From the NCBI GenBank assembly GCA_965209035.1, contig OZ242372.1, forward strand, positions 128,001 through 192,000: 64,000 nucleotides of DNA, in the 5' to 3' direction. Position numbers and translations under genes: made by a program. Under the pieces are notes generated by a model. That model made no database searches. It was not told the DNA's origin and worked only from the letters and a program-made list of their open reading frames with translations. This DNA is from Gammaproteobacteria bacterium. Its GTDB lineage: Bacteria; Pseudomonadota; Gammaproteobacteria; CBDBNL01; JAAOII01. The number at the start of each line of letters is the position of its first letter. Position 1 is the first letter of the stretch. Below, piece by piece: positions 52,950 to 62,950 of this stretch.

Positions 52950-53136
52950 TTAATTGTCTCTAAAATTGCACACATAAGATTTGTTCATTAAGTATTTTGC
53001 CATCCGTTTCTGCTCGGTATTTGGCTCCGCATATTCCTTGCATCCCTGCCGCATCTCCGCTGCCTCGCAAAATAATGAACAGAGAATCCGTCTTCATTTC
53101 AACATTATAACAAAGAGGATCACTCTTGTCCTTATT

Positions 53137-53275
53137 TGTATCATCCCACCCGGTTTTGGATTCTGGTTGAGAATTGTATCGACGAAGAACCGGGAACCGG
53201 ATGGTGACGCGAGAGTTTTGGACTCTGCGTGTTTTTGTCTTAAGCGAACTAAACCGGCGAGAGTTGCTCAAGAGT
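53137..53275 (-). pseudogene. IS481-family right-end remnant (variant)
   Basis: TGTATCATCCCACCCGG…; minus-strand translation LEQLSPV…ESKTGWDDT parallels the transposase end LKQLSPI…KSRNGWDHT. Confidence 0.75.
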
Positions 53276-53483
53276 TGTTCACAGACATTTGGTATGAATA
53301 GAAAATAGGAATAATGCGATTTGAAACTGACCCTGGCATCCTTTTAAGTCAGCGTATTCGTTAATGTAAACGACCCTGGGCTTGCCAACAGATTTCAAGT
53401 TAAGATACCGAGCGAACAGATGTTTTAATTCCGTTCCGTCCCGCCCCATCTGTTCTGCTGCCTGCTCTGCCTCTACTCTACCT

Positions 53484-56400
53484 CTACCTGCCTTGCGCCG
53501 AAATGCCACCCGGCATGCAGTTCAAAGCCGGGTATTGGGAACTCTCGCCCAGATCCCAGACGCGGACAAAGCCGATCGGTTGGGAAGTACTTTCCGTTTC
53601 CTCGCCGGTGTTTGGATTGCACCAGAAGTTACCCCAGAGAGCATAGATCCCTGTGAAAGAAGCACCTTGTAGTTGAACCGTGCTTTGCCCATCACCGCCG
53701 GCACCGGTTGATTGCCCGGTGGTTTCAGTATCCCAATAGGAAGCATTGACAGTGATTTGCGCATCGGCAATGCCAATCAAGCCGCCGATATCACCACCGG
53801 AACCTAAAACAAACCCGGCGGCAACATAAGAATAATAAATTTGACTGTCTTGCCCGCCTCCAATACCAACCAGCCCACCAACTTCATCATCGCCGGCAAC
53901 ACTTCCGCCGAGCACATAAGCATAGCGAATGTCAGACCTATATCCATCCCCAACCAGTCCGCCAACCTCATCACCGCCGGCAACACTTCCGCCGAACACA
54001 TAAGCATAGCGAATATCAACCTCTCGCCCCTTCCCAACCAGCCCACCAACTTCATCATCGCCGGCAACACTTCCGCCGAGCACATAAGAATAGCGAATAT
54101 CAGCACCCTCGCCATCCCCAACCAGTCCGCCAACGGTAACATTGCCGGAAACATCTCCGCCGGACACATACGCATAGTGAATATCAGCACCCTCGCCATC
54201 CCCAACCAGTCCGCCAACAGCAACATCACCGGATACATTTACGCCGGATACATTGGCATAGATAATACTGGCATTCGCACCAGACCCAACCAGCCCGCCA
54301 ACTTCATCACCGCCGGCAACACTTCCGCCGAACACATAAGCATAGCGAATATCAGCATCCTCGCCATCCCCAACCAGCCCGCCGACATTGCCGGCAGACG
54401 GACTCATCACACTGCCACCGGTAACCGACAGATTCTCATAACCGGCATTCCTGCCATTGCCTACCAGTGTGCCCACATCATTGGCACCACCGCTGACACG
54501 CGCATTCCGGAGATGCAAATTTTGAAGACTACCATTGAACGCGCCAAATAATCCCACTCCGATCGCATCATGATGCGCAGAAACAAACAGATCGGCAATC
54601 GTGTGATCCCGGCCATCAAACACACCCGTATAAGCGGTGCAAACATTATTTGATGTACAGAAGCCAATCGGCACCCATCCGCTGCCATCACGATCCGTCC
54701 AAGTAGATTGCTTGCCGCTGTTCTCCCCATTAGACCCATAAGATGCCACCAGACTAAAATTCAACGAGCGGGTCAATTCGTAACCCAAACAGCCGGAACT
54801 CGGACAACCTGCAGAACCCACGGCGGTAATCTCGTCAGTACGGTTATCATCCGCCCCATCGCCATTCAGATCATCGCGCAGGCGCGCCAAGTCATCCAGA
54901 GTGCGGATTTCTATCAAGCCATTATTGTCATCGTCCGAGTCCGCCATCAAGTCTGTTTGACAACCGGCAACCACGCTATCCGGATTACCGTCTTGATCCG
55001 TATCGGTGCTCGCACAGGCATCCCGAGGAAACGCATCTGTCGTATCGGGGACATGATCATTGTCATCGTCCGTATCTTCGCCCGCATCCCGACAGCCGTC
55101 TTTGTCATTGTCCGTCGTCCGATTGGATCTCCAATCCGTTTCGCCGGGATCGCAGGCATCCTCTCCGTTGAGCACACGATCGCCATCATCGTCCGGCAAC
55201 CCATCCAAAACACCCGCCATTCCCGTATCGCCTTCATAGAATAAGTTGACACCCGTTGCCTCATTGGCACTCAATACCGTCGCCTCGTCGCGATCTTGAA
55301 TTTGAATATCCACCCAGGCAAGATAATTGCATTGCTCAAACTCCGGTCTTGTCCCTAAAATACCTCCGCTACATGCACCCGAAACAGGCGGATTCGTCCG
55401 GGCAACTTGACCAAAAAAAAGACTCTTGCGATCATACCGCTCCGGCACATCGCCCAAAATACCGGTTGTCACATCCGTATAGTCATCCGACAAGCCGGTC
55501 AGAGATACCCGGACGCTACAGTAATAACGACTCCTTGCCTCAAAATCTACTTCCTCCTCGGAACCCAACAAAATTCGATAGCCCTGATTATCCAAATAAA
55601 ATCGGCGGGAACAGTAAGCACTATTATCCGTTCTGTTGAATCCGGACTGCAAACGAAAGTAAAGAGTCGGCGGCCTGTCCAAACCCGCCTGTGCCCGCAT
55701 GGCTGCCGAAAGATCTGTTTGGATACCCAAGGTACGAAGAACATTGCCGGCGCCGGAAACCACAGAATACGGTGGCGCATTTTCATTCAACATACCTACG
55801 AGTTCATAATGATGACGCCGGCGTTCCACTATCCTTTCTTCCGTTTGCAACACCTCACGCTGATAGAAAAATGGAAACGCAAACCTTATCGACTCCAAAT
55901 CCGCGCCGAACCCGCTCTTTGCCGCAGGATCTAAATTGAAAATATCCTCCGGTGCCGAGGTCACATTCGGATGAGTCACCAAGAAATGCCGCAAGGATCC
56001 TTCCCGGGTATGAATGTCATCAAAAAGTTCCCGAGACATCCCCTTAGCCGCTCGATAGGTCAACGACAGATTGCGATGATTTACTCCGTTTTCTGTCAAC
56101 CGCAATAGGATCGAGATATTTAAGGCCTGATTTAGCCGAAAGATTCTGTTTTCGCCCATGCCCTCGCTGTCCCAAAAATCTGTCTGAAAAATAGCTTCTG
56201 TGGGATAAACAACTGAGCGAGCATTATCTCTAAACAGCGAATAAAGTAACGGATCTTTCTTTGATAGCGAAAAGAACGAAAACATTAGAGGAAACCCTAG
56301 TTCCACCCTTCCCTCAAAAGTGCGGTTATTCGTCTCAACAACCACTGTCACCCGTTCTGTCCCGGCCCTTGTAAACCCATTAAATATGACAAAATCCTCC

Positions 56401-56960
56401 GTTTCCAAGGCACGCGCTGCCGCGGAAATACGCACCGGTACAGATACGGAAGCCCAATGTCGCCGCTCACCGTCCCTGTCCAAATACGAAATATCCGCCG
56501 CCACCTCAAACTCGCGCACACCGAGTACACGCACCACATGACCCAAACTGAAATCTTGTGCCCCATCGCTCTTAAACAATAACCTGCCGGAAGACGCATT
56601 CACTTCAAAAAAGGTCGCCACCAATTCGTTATCTCCCGGCAGCAAGCGATAGGTTACCGTCACATTCCCGGCACCTTGCGGCAGGCGGGCACGCACCTCT
56701 TCGTTTTCCAGCCGGACCACGCCCATGGTTCTGTTTCGTGACGATGCCGCCGTTGTTGTCGTATTGGCCAAAGCAAAATGATAGGCAGCATGCGAAAATA
56801 AATTGCGTGCCGGCCCACCGCCGGAAGAGTAAGAAGGCACGCATGCCGAAAGCGAGAACAACGATGCAAAAAAAGTAAACAAAATTGCCAAGCGTCGCAC
56901 GAAGACGGCACTGCGCCCGGATATGATGTATGCTCCGATGCTCGCCATCCGGTCCATCAT
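53484..56960 (-). CDS. Large lipoprotein adhesin A: shared cadherin-like N-region + TSP3-like repeats + GLUG domain
   Basis: Start placed at ATG56960 (after the upstream gene's stop); lipobox-like LSAC; six 28-aa (84-bp) VGGLVG repeats; C-part homologous to 40177-42345. Confidence 0.8.
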   Translation of the reverse strand: MMDRMASIGAYIISGRSAVFVRRLAILFTFFASLFSLSACVPSYSSGGGPARNLFSHAAYHFALANTTTTAASSRNRTMGVVRLENEEVRARLPQGAGNVTVTYRLLPGDNELVATFFEVNASSGRLLFKSDGAQDFSLGHVVRVLGVREFEVAADISYLDRDGERRHWASVSVPVRISAAARALETEDFVIFNGFTRAGTERVTVVVETNNRTFEGRVELGFPLMFSFFSLSKKDPLLYSLFRDNARSVVYPTEAIFQTDFWDSEGMGENRIFRLNQALNISILLRLTENGVNHRNLSLTYRAAKGMSRELFDDIHTREGSLRHFLVTHPNVTSAPEDIFNLDPAAKSGFGADLESIRFAFPFFYQREVLQTEERIVERRRHHYELVGMLNENAPPYSVVSGAGNVLRTLGIQTDLSAAMRAQAGLDRPPTLYFRLQSGFNRTDNSAYCSRRFYLDNQGYRILLGSEEEVDFEARSRYYCSVRVSLTGLSDDYTDVTTGILGDVPERYDRKSLFFGQVARTNPPVSGACSGGILGTRPEFEQCNYLAWVDIQIQDRDEATVLSANEATGVNLFYEGDTGMAGVLDGLPDDDGDRVLNGEDACDPGETDWRSNRTTDNDKDGCRDAGEDTDDDNDHVPDTTDAFPRDACASTDTDQDGNPDSVVAGCQTDLMADSDDDNNGLIEIRTLDDLARLRDDLNGDGADDNRTDEITAVGSAGCPSSGCLGYELTRSLNFSLVASYGSNGENSGKQSTWTDRDGSGWVPIGFCTSNNVCTAYTGVFDGRDHTIADLFVSAHHDAIGVGLFGAFNGSLQNLHLRNARVSGGANDVGTLVGNGRNAGYENLSVTGGSVMSPSAGNVGGLVGDGEDADIRYAYVFGGSVAGGDEVGGLVGSGANASIIYANVSGVNVSGDVAVGGLVGDGEGADIHYAYVSGGDVSGNVTVGGLVGDGEGADIRYSYVLGGSVAGDDEVGGLVGKGREVDIRYAYVFGGSVAGGDEVGGLVGDGYRSDIRYAYVLGGSVAGDDEVGGLVGIGGGQDSQIYYSYVAAGFVLGSGGDIGGLIGIADAQITVNASYWDTETTGQSTGAGGDGQSTVQLQGASFTGIYALWGNFWCNPNTGEETESTSQPIGFVRVWDLGESSQYPALNCMPGGISAQGR

Positions 56961-57036
56961 CGGCAGCAACACTCGACTTGTCTTGTACCTACTCAAAAAT
57001 ATCCGATGGAATAAGATGCCGGGACGGCACAATGTC

Positions 57037-58692
57037 CTAAAAACGATATGCGAGAGCAAGGCGCAAGTTTGTGGCGGAGAAGGAGGTCCGGAACACTTCC
57101 GTATTCGCATCATCTTCTTGGTCAATCGCCTCATCGACCAGATCGGTATCATTGATATATTCAAGAACATCCAAAGATACCGCCGCCGTGAGCCCAAAGT
57201 CGCTTTGGTATTGGTAATACAAGGTTGTGCCCCGGGCAAAACCTACTCCTCCCAAAGCCCAGCCAACCCGATGCCGCAGTTGCTCGCCCATATTGCCCGC
57301 AATATGCAAAGCGGGAAAACACTCAAGGGCGAAGTTCATCGTATCACCGGTAGCTGCCGCATAGAGCGCATAGCCGCGATAGTTCTTTTCATCAAAATAA
57401 GAGGCCCCGCAAAGATAATTAAAATTAACGATCCGCTTATCCGAGTAATAATCAAAACCGACACTATAGATATCACCTATAATTTCCAAATAGGCTTTAC
57501 CGTCATTCTCATTGGCAACCCAGTTCAGATAGTCAATTGTTTGTGAATAAAACTGACTCGTCCCGGGGGAGAACTCTCTACCGCCCGATTCCCGATCCAA
57601 GACATTATAATCATCCAAAGAAAAGGTGCGCGCCCATTCAAACTTAACGGCATACCTCTTGATGGGAACCGAAAGTTCAAAACCGTATGCTGTGTTCGGA
57701 CTAAAAGTTGGCGACGGCCTGGCGACAGGCAACCGTTCATCCGTATTAATACTCCGAATACAGCCTTCAATCGTTGCTCTCACTGCTCCGCCGCGACACA
57801 CATAGTCGCCGTTGCGACGCAACAGTTCGAACTGCGCGATTGGAAATCTATAGCCCTCGTAATAGGTGAAACCGGCAGTCAGCCGGGAACCCACATATAA
57901 AACGCGCACCGCTTGTTGTGAAGGATCTTTCGGTGCGGCAAATTTTACCGTTTGATCTTCGTTGTGTTCGTTTGCATATTCCACATTGCCGGTAAACTCG
58001 CCCAACAATTGATCGACCAACAGTTGCGGAAAATAATAATAATGCACTTCCAGACCACCCGGTATAAAAAATTGGGCGGATGCCACATATTGCGGCAGGC
58101 GATTATCCACCTTACTGTAACTGAGTGTTGTGCTGCTAAAATCTATGGGCAGTACCAGATCTACGGGCGAAAAGAGATCAAACTGACCGAACACCACGCG
58201 TTTGCGGCCCAGAGAAAACAGGGCATAATTCGCATCCAAGTCCACATAGCCTTCCAGTAGTTCCACATTGTCCGCCGTCACTGTGCGACTAAATGTTTCT
58301 CCTTCATTAGTATTGATATTCTCGGATCGCAAACTGAACTTGACCGCGGAACGATAGGCACGACCTTCCAGGGCAACCTTCCCCCAACTCCAATCCTCGT
58401 CATAACGCAGCCTGGCTTGGGTACTCGCACGCGTGTTAACCTCATCAATGATACCGGCATAGGTCGCAACCAGAATGCCACTAAAATGCCGCTGCCAATA
58501 ATCCGCTGTGCCGGGGCTGTCTGTGCCGGTTGAAAGATCCGTGCCGTCCTCTTCTTCTATGATGACCGGAGCACTTTCAATCACGGTTGCATTCTCAGCG
58601 GCAAGAGCTAAAACAGAGAACAGACATAGTCCGCATAGTCCGCAAAAAATAAGACATTTTAGTTTCACGAACCGCCCGGACCCCGAAAGCAT
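57037..58692 (-). CDS. Outer-membrane beta-barrel protein A (partner of adhesin A)
   Basis: Signal peptide (…ALA-AE); amphipathic strands; ends LALAYRF. Confidence 0.7.
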   Translation of the reverse strand: MLSGSGRFVKLKCLIFCGLCGLCLFSVLALAAENATVIESAPVIIEEEDGTDLSTGTDSPGTADYWQRHFSGILVATYAGIIDEVNTRASTQARLRYDEDWSWGKVALEGRAYRSAVKFSLRSENINTNEGETFSRTVTADNVELLEGYVDLDANYALFSLGRKRVVFGQFDLFSPVDLVLPIDFSSTTLSYSKVDNRLPQYVASAQFFIPGGLEVHYYYFPQLLVDQLLGEFTGNVEYANEHNEDQTVKFAAPKDPSQQAVRVLYVGSRLTAGFTYYEGYRFPIAQFELLRRNGDYVCRGGAVRATIEGCIRSINTDERLPVARPSPTFSPNTAYGFELSVPIKRYAVKFEWARTFSLDDYNVLDRESGGREFSPGTSQFYSQTIDYLNWVANENDGKAYLEIIGDIYSVGFDYYSDKRIVNFNYLCGASYFDEKNYRGYALYAAATGDTMNFALECFPALHIAGNMGEQLRHRVGWALGGVGFARGTTLYYQYQSDFGLTAAVSLDVLEYINDTDLVDEAIDQEDDANTEVFRTSFSATNLRLALAYRF

Positions 58693-58872
58693 CTGATGGC
58701 AACTTTATGATGATTCGTTTTGAATTTCATATCATCACCTCTTTTAAAAAATAAATTAAATTTATTCTATTGTAAAGGGAAAAGATCGATGTATAAAAAA
58801 TATGGTTCGCTCGCCTTCGGCAAGAACTCCTTAGTTTTTTAACATCTCTTGAAATTAACAAGAGGCATCGTC

Positions 58873-61800
58873 TCAGCGCGGTCTCAGCCACCTGCCGGCT
58901 GTGTCACGGCGACCATAAATCACATACACCCTGTTGCCACCGGGGCCCGGTGCACCCACCGCAAAATCCCGAACCCGATCACCGTTGAGATCACCCACAC
59001 CCGCAACCGCATACCCAAGACCCTGCGAGAACATACCGCCGCGCGTCGATACGACAAATCCTTGGGAGGCATTAAAGTGTTGCAGATCCAACAAACGCCG
59101 CGCGGTCACCGGATCCAACACGCCGTAGCCCACATCCCGTCGACCATAAATCACATACAAACGACCTTGCCCATCCGCATATTCGGAAGCACCCACCGCA
59201 AAATCGTTCGTGCCATCACCGTTAATATCGCCGAGATTCGCAACCGAAACGCCCAAACGGCTATTGGTCTCCTCCCCGCGCACAATAAAACCGGCTGCCG
59301 ACGCCAGGGTCGCCGGTGCCAACACCGACCGATGGATGCCGTTTCTTGCCGTCCGACGCCCATGACTGCGGTTGCCATAAATCACATACAACAGACCTTC
59401 GCGCACGCGCCTACTGTCACCCCCATCGTAACCGGCACGCGCAGCCGAAACGGCAAAATCCGCCGTGCCATCACCGTTAATGTCGCCAAGACCCGTGATG
59501 ACTTCCCCCGCATGATCACCGGCTTGTGTTGATTCTATGACGAACCCCGCGGACGCGGACAGAGTTTCTGTTCGCAGAATCCGCGTTGCTGTGCCCGCCG
59601 CCGGATTGTTCGCCAAAGAGCCATGAAGTGAGCCATGAAGTGAGCCATGAGATCCCCCTTCACGCCCGTAAATCACATACACCCGGGTTGTTCTGTTCGC
59701 AATTCCCCCCGCAGGCACATTGTGAACCGCACCGCTGCTGACGGCAAAGTCGTCCGTGCCATCGCCGTTGATATCACCCACACCCGCAACGAATGCCCCC
59801 AAGTGCTCTCCGACCACATTCCCATTTTCCACCGCAGTATCTCCGAAAAGAATAAACCCGTGCGACCGGTTGAAGTCCGCCGCATTAAGCCGTTCACGCC
59901 CGCCGGCCAACATTCCATAATGGCCATCCTTGCGCCCGTAAAAAACATACAATCGACCCGCATTGGAAGGCGGATCCGTCATATTCGCATTAAAGCCGGA
60001 CGGCGCGGAAATCGCAAAATCCGGCACACCATCACCGTTGATATCGCCAATGCCCGCCACAGCCGCCCCGAGCCCATCACCGCCGGCCGGCGAAACTCCG
60101 CCATGCATTGTAAATCCGTGCGATTGATTAAAGTCTTGTAAATTTAACGCACGACGGCCACGGGCACTGCCCCGACCACCGAAATCCCCCTCCCGACGCC
60201 CGTAAACCACATAGGCATCACCGGAGTTGCTTCCGTTTGTATCGGCATGCCGAACACCCATCACAAAATCACTGACATTGTCCCCATTAATGTCGCCGAC
60301 CCCGGCAAGCAACCGCCCGGATGCGTCGCCCAAGCGATCCGCCTTTTGACCGCCAAAAAAGACCACACCCGCAGCCGGCGCAAGACTCCCGCCGTTAATC
60401 ACCCGCACCCCCGTTTGCGGATCCGGCATCCCGTATGCATCGTCACCACGGCCGAACAAGACAGATACCTCGCCGCGTGCTTGGCCGGCAGCAAAACCCA
60501 GACCTTGATCGGCATTCGGTGCACCAAGCGCAAAGTCGTCCCGACCATCGCCATTGACATCACCCACGGCGGCGATGCTGCTTCCCAACCGGTCCTTGTC
60601 GGCGTCCCGGCGCCACATCGATGCGACAACCGCAGGATCCGGCTCAACAGCACTGCCGTTGATGATGAACCCTTCCGCCGGCAAAAAAGTTCCCGTGTCA
60701 ATGACAAATCGCCGCAGATCACAGGCATCGCCCACTCCGTCCGCATCATTGTCGTCTTGCCGCGCATTTGGAAAATACACACAATTGTCCGTCAGATCCG
60801 GCTCCCCATCGTTGTCGTCATCCTTGTCTTCGCCCGCATCCCGACAGCCATCACCGTCATTGTCCGTCGTCCGGTTGGATATCCAACCCGTTTCGCCGCG
60901 CGGACAAGCATCCAATGGAGTGTTCCCGTCGGTGGCAAGATCATTCACACCGTCATTGTCATCGTCCGGATCCTCGGCACCATCGTCCCGACAGCCCTCA
61001 CCGTCATTGTCCGTCGTCCGATTGGATCTCCAACCCGTTTCGCCGGGATCGCAGGCATCCTCTCCGTTGAGCACACGATCGCCATCATCGTCCGGCAACC
61101 CATCCAAAACACCCGCCATTCCCGTATCGCCTTCATAGAATAAGTTGACACCCGTCGCCTCATCAATCCGCGATACCGGCGGCTCGTTGCGATCTCTAAT
61201 ATAAATATCCACCCAGGCAAGATAATTGCATTGCTCAAACTCGGGTGCCCTCCCGGAAATTCTGTCGGTACATGTACGCGGAACAGACGGGATCGTCCGG
61301 GCAACTTGACCGGAGAAACGACTCGTGCGATCATATCGCTCCGGCGAATCACCCAAAATACCGGTTGTCACATCCGTATAGTCATCCGACAAGCCGGTCA
61401 GAGATACCTGGACGCTACAGTAATCACGACTCCTTGCCTCAAAATCTGCTTCCTCCTCGGAACCCAACAAAATCCGATAGCCCTGATTATCCAAATAAAA
61501 TCGGCGGGAACAGTAAGCACTATTATCCGTTCTGTCGAATCCGGACTGCAAACGAAAGTAAAGAGTCGGCAGCCTGTCCAAACCCGTCTGTGCCCGCATG
61601 GCTGCCGAAAGACCGGTTTGGATACCCAAAGTATTAAGAAGATGACCGATTCCGGAAACTACAGAACGCGGCGGAGAATTTTCATCCAACCTGCCAATGA
61701 GTTGGTAACGATGACGCCGACTTTCCACCGTTCTTTCCTCTTCTTGCCCCACCTCACGCTGATAGAAAAATGGAAACGCAAACCCTATCGCCTCCAAGTC

Positions 61801-62922
61801 CGCACCGAACCCACTCTTTGCCGAAGTATTCAAATTGAAAATATCCTCCGGTGCCGAAGTAACATCCGGATGGGTCGCCCAAAAATGCCGCAAGGACCCT
61901 TCCCGGGTATGCACATCATCCAGAAGTTCCTGATACATCCCCTTAGCCGCCGGATAGGTCAGCGACAGATTACGATGATTTTTCCCATCTTTTGTCAACA
62001 ACAACAGAACCGAGATATTTAATGCTTGATTCAGTCGAGAGGTTATGTTTTCGCCCATACCCTCGCTGTCCCAAAGATCCGGATAAGAAATTATCTCTGC
62101 AGGATCAACGACTGATCGGGCATTACTTATAAACAGTGTAGAAAATAACGGATGTTTATTTGATTGCAACAAGAACGTAAATGTTCGGTGAAGTCCTAGT
62201 TTCACTCTCCCTTCAAAAGAGCGATTATTCGCATCAATAAGAACTGTCACCCGCACTGTCCCAGGATCCGCATACCCTTGAAATATGACAAAATCCTCCG
62301 TTTCCAAAGCACGTGCTGCCGCGGAAATACGCACCGGTACAGATACGGAAGCCCAATGTCGCCGCTCACCGCCCGTGTTCAAATACGAAATATCCGCCGC
62401 TACCTCAAACTCGCGCACGCCGAGTACACGCACCACATGACCCAAACTGAAATCTTGTGCCCTATCGCTCTTAAACAATAACCTGCCGGAAGACGCATTC
62501 ACTTCAAAAAAGGCCGTCACCAATTCGTTATCCCCCGGCAGCAAGCGATAGGTTACTGTCACATTCCCGGCATCTTGCGGCAGGCGGGCACGCATCTCTT
62601 CGCTTTCCAGCCGGACCATGCCCATGGTTCTGTTTCGTGACGATGCCGCCGTTGTTGTCGTATTGACCAAAGCAAAATGATAGGCAGCATGCGAAAACAA
62701 ATTGCGTGCCGGTCCGCTACCGCCGGAAGAGTAAGAAGGCACACATGCCGAAAGCGAGAACAACGATGCAAAAAAAGTAAACAAAATTGCCAAGCGTCGC
62801 ACGAAGACGGCACTGCACCCGGATATGATGTATGCTCCGATGCTCGCCATCCGGTCCATCATCGTCGGCAACACTTGACCCGTCTTTCGCCCATTCAAAA
62901 ATATCAAAAATATATCTTGCAA
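58873..62922 (-). CDS. Large lipoprotein adhesin B: same N-region + TSP3-like repeats + seven FG-GAP (integrin-alpha-like) repeats
   Basis: N-region homologous to adhesin A; 7 x G-D-[VIL]-N-G-D-x3-D-F repeats. Confidence 0.85.
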   Translation of the reverse strand: MQDIFLIFLNGRKTGQVLPTMMDRMASIGAYIISGCSAVFVRRLAILFTFFASLFSLSACVPSYSSGGSGPARNLFSHAAYHFALVNTTTTAASSRNRTMGMVRLESEEMRARLPQDAGNVTVTYRLLPGDNELVTAFFEVNASSGRLLFKSDRAQDFSLGHVVRVLGVREFEVAADISYLNTGGERRHWASVSVPVRISAAARALETEDFVIFQGYADPGTVRVTVLIDANNRSFEGRVKLGLHRTFTFLLQSNKHPLFSTLFISNARSVVDPAEIISYPDLWDSEGMGENITSRLNQALNISVLLLLTKDGKNHRNLSLTYPAAKGMYQELLDDVHTREGSLRHFWATHPDVTSAPEDIFNLNTSAKSGFGADLEAIGFAFPFFYQREVGQEEERTVESRRHRYQLIGRLDENSPPRSVVSGIGHLLNTLGIQTGLSAAMRAQTGLDRLPTLYFRLQSGFDRTDNSAYCSRRFYLDNQGYRILLGSEEEADFEARSRDYCSVQVSLTGLSDDYTDVTTGILGDSPERYDRTSRFSGQVARTIPSVPRTCTDRISGRAPEFEQCNYLAWVDIYIRDRNEPPVSRIDEATGVNLFYEGDTGMAGVLDGLPDDDGDRVLNGEDACDPGETGWRSNRTTDNDGEGCRDDGAEDPDDDNDGVNDLATDGNTPLDACPRGETGWISNRTTDNDGDGCRDAGEDKDDDNDGEPDLTDNCVYFPNARQDDNDADGVGDACDLRRFVIDTGTFLPAEGFIINGSAVEPDPAVVASMWRRDADKDRLGSSIAAVGDVNGDGRDDFALGAPNADQGLGFAAGQARGEVSVLFGRGDDAYGMPDPQTGVRVINGGSLAPAAGVVFFGGQKADRLGDASGRLLAGVGDINGDNVSDFVMGVRHADTNGSNSGDAYVVYGRREGDFGGRGSARGRRALNLQDFNQSHGFTMHGGVSPAGGDGLGAAVAGIGDINGDGVPDFAISAPSGFNANMTDPPSNAGRLYVFYGRKDGHYGMLAGGRERLNAADFNRSHGFILFGDTAVENGNVVGEHLGAFVAGVGDINGDGTDDFAVSSGAVHNVPAGGIANRTTRVYVIYGREGGSHGSLHGSLHGSLANNPAAGTATRILRTETLSASAGFVIESTQAGDHAGEVITGLGDINGDGTADFAVSAARAGYDGGDSRRVREGLLYVIYGNRSHGRRTARNGIHRSVLAPATLASAAGFIVRGEETNSRLGVSVANLGDINGDGTNDFAVGASEYADGQGRLYVIYGRRDVGYGVLDPVTARRLLDLQHFNASQGFVVSTRGGMFSQGLGYAVAGVGDLNGDRVRDFAVGAPGPGGNRVYVIYGRRDTAGRWLRPR

Positions 62923-62950
62923 GATTCAATATTGAGGCGGCGGCGATGTC

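Noticed and set aside
56961-57239. N-terminal extension of adhesin A given by the ORF track
   Set aside because: Overlaps the 3' end of the barrel gene; homology with adhesin B starts near MMDRMAS.
58700-58730. Possible IS481 left end upstream of barrel A (aactttatgatgatt)
   Set aside because: Match too short and lacks the terminal TGCA; not distinguishable from AT-rich background.
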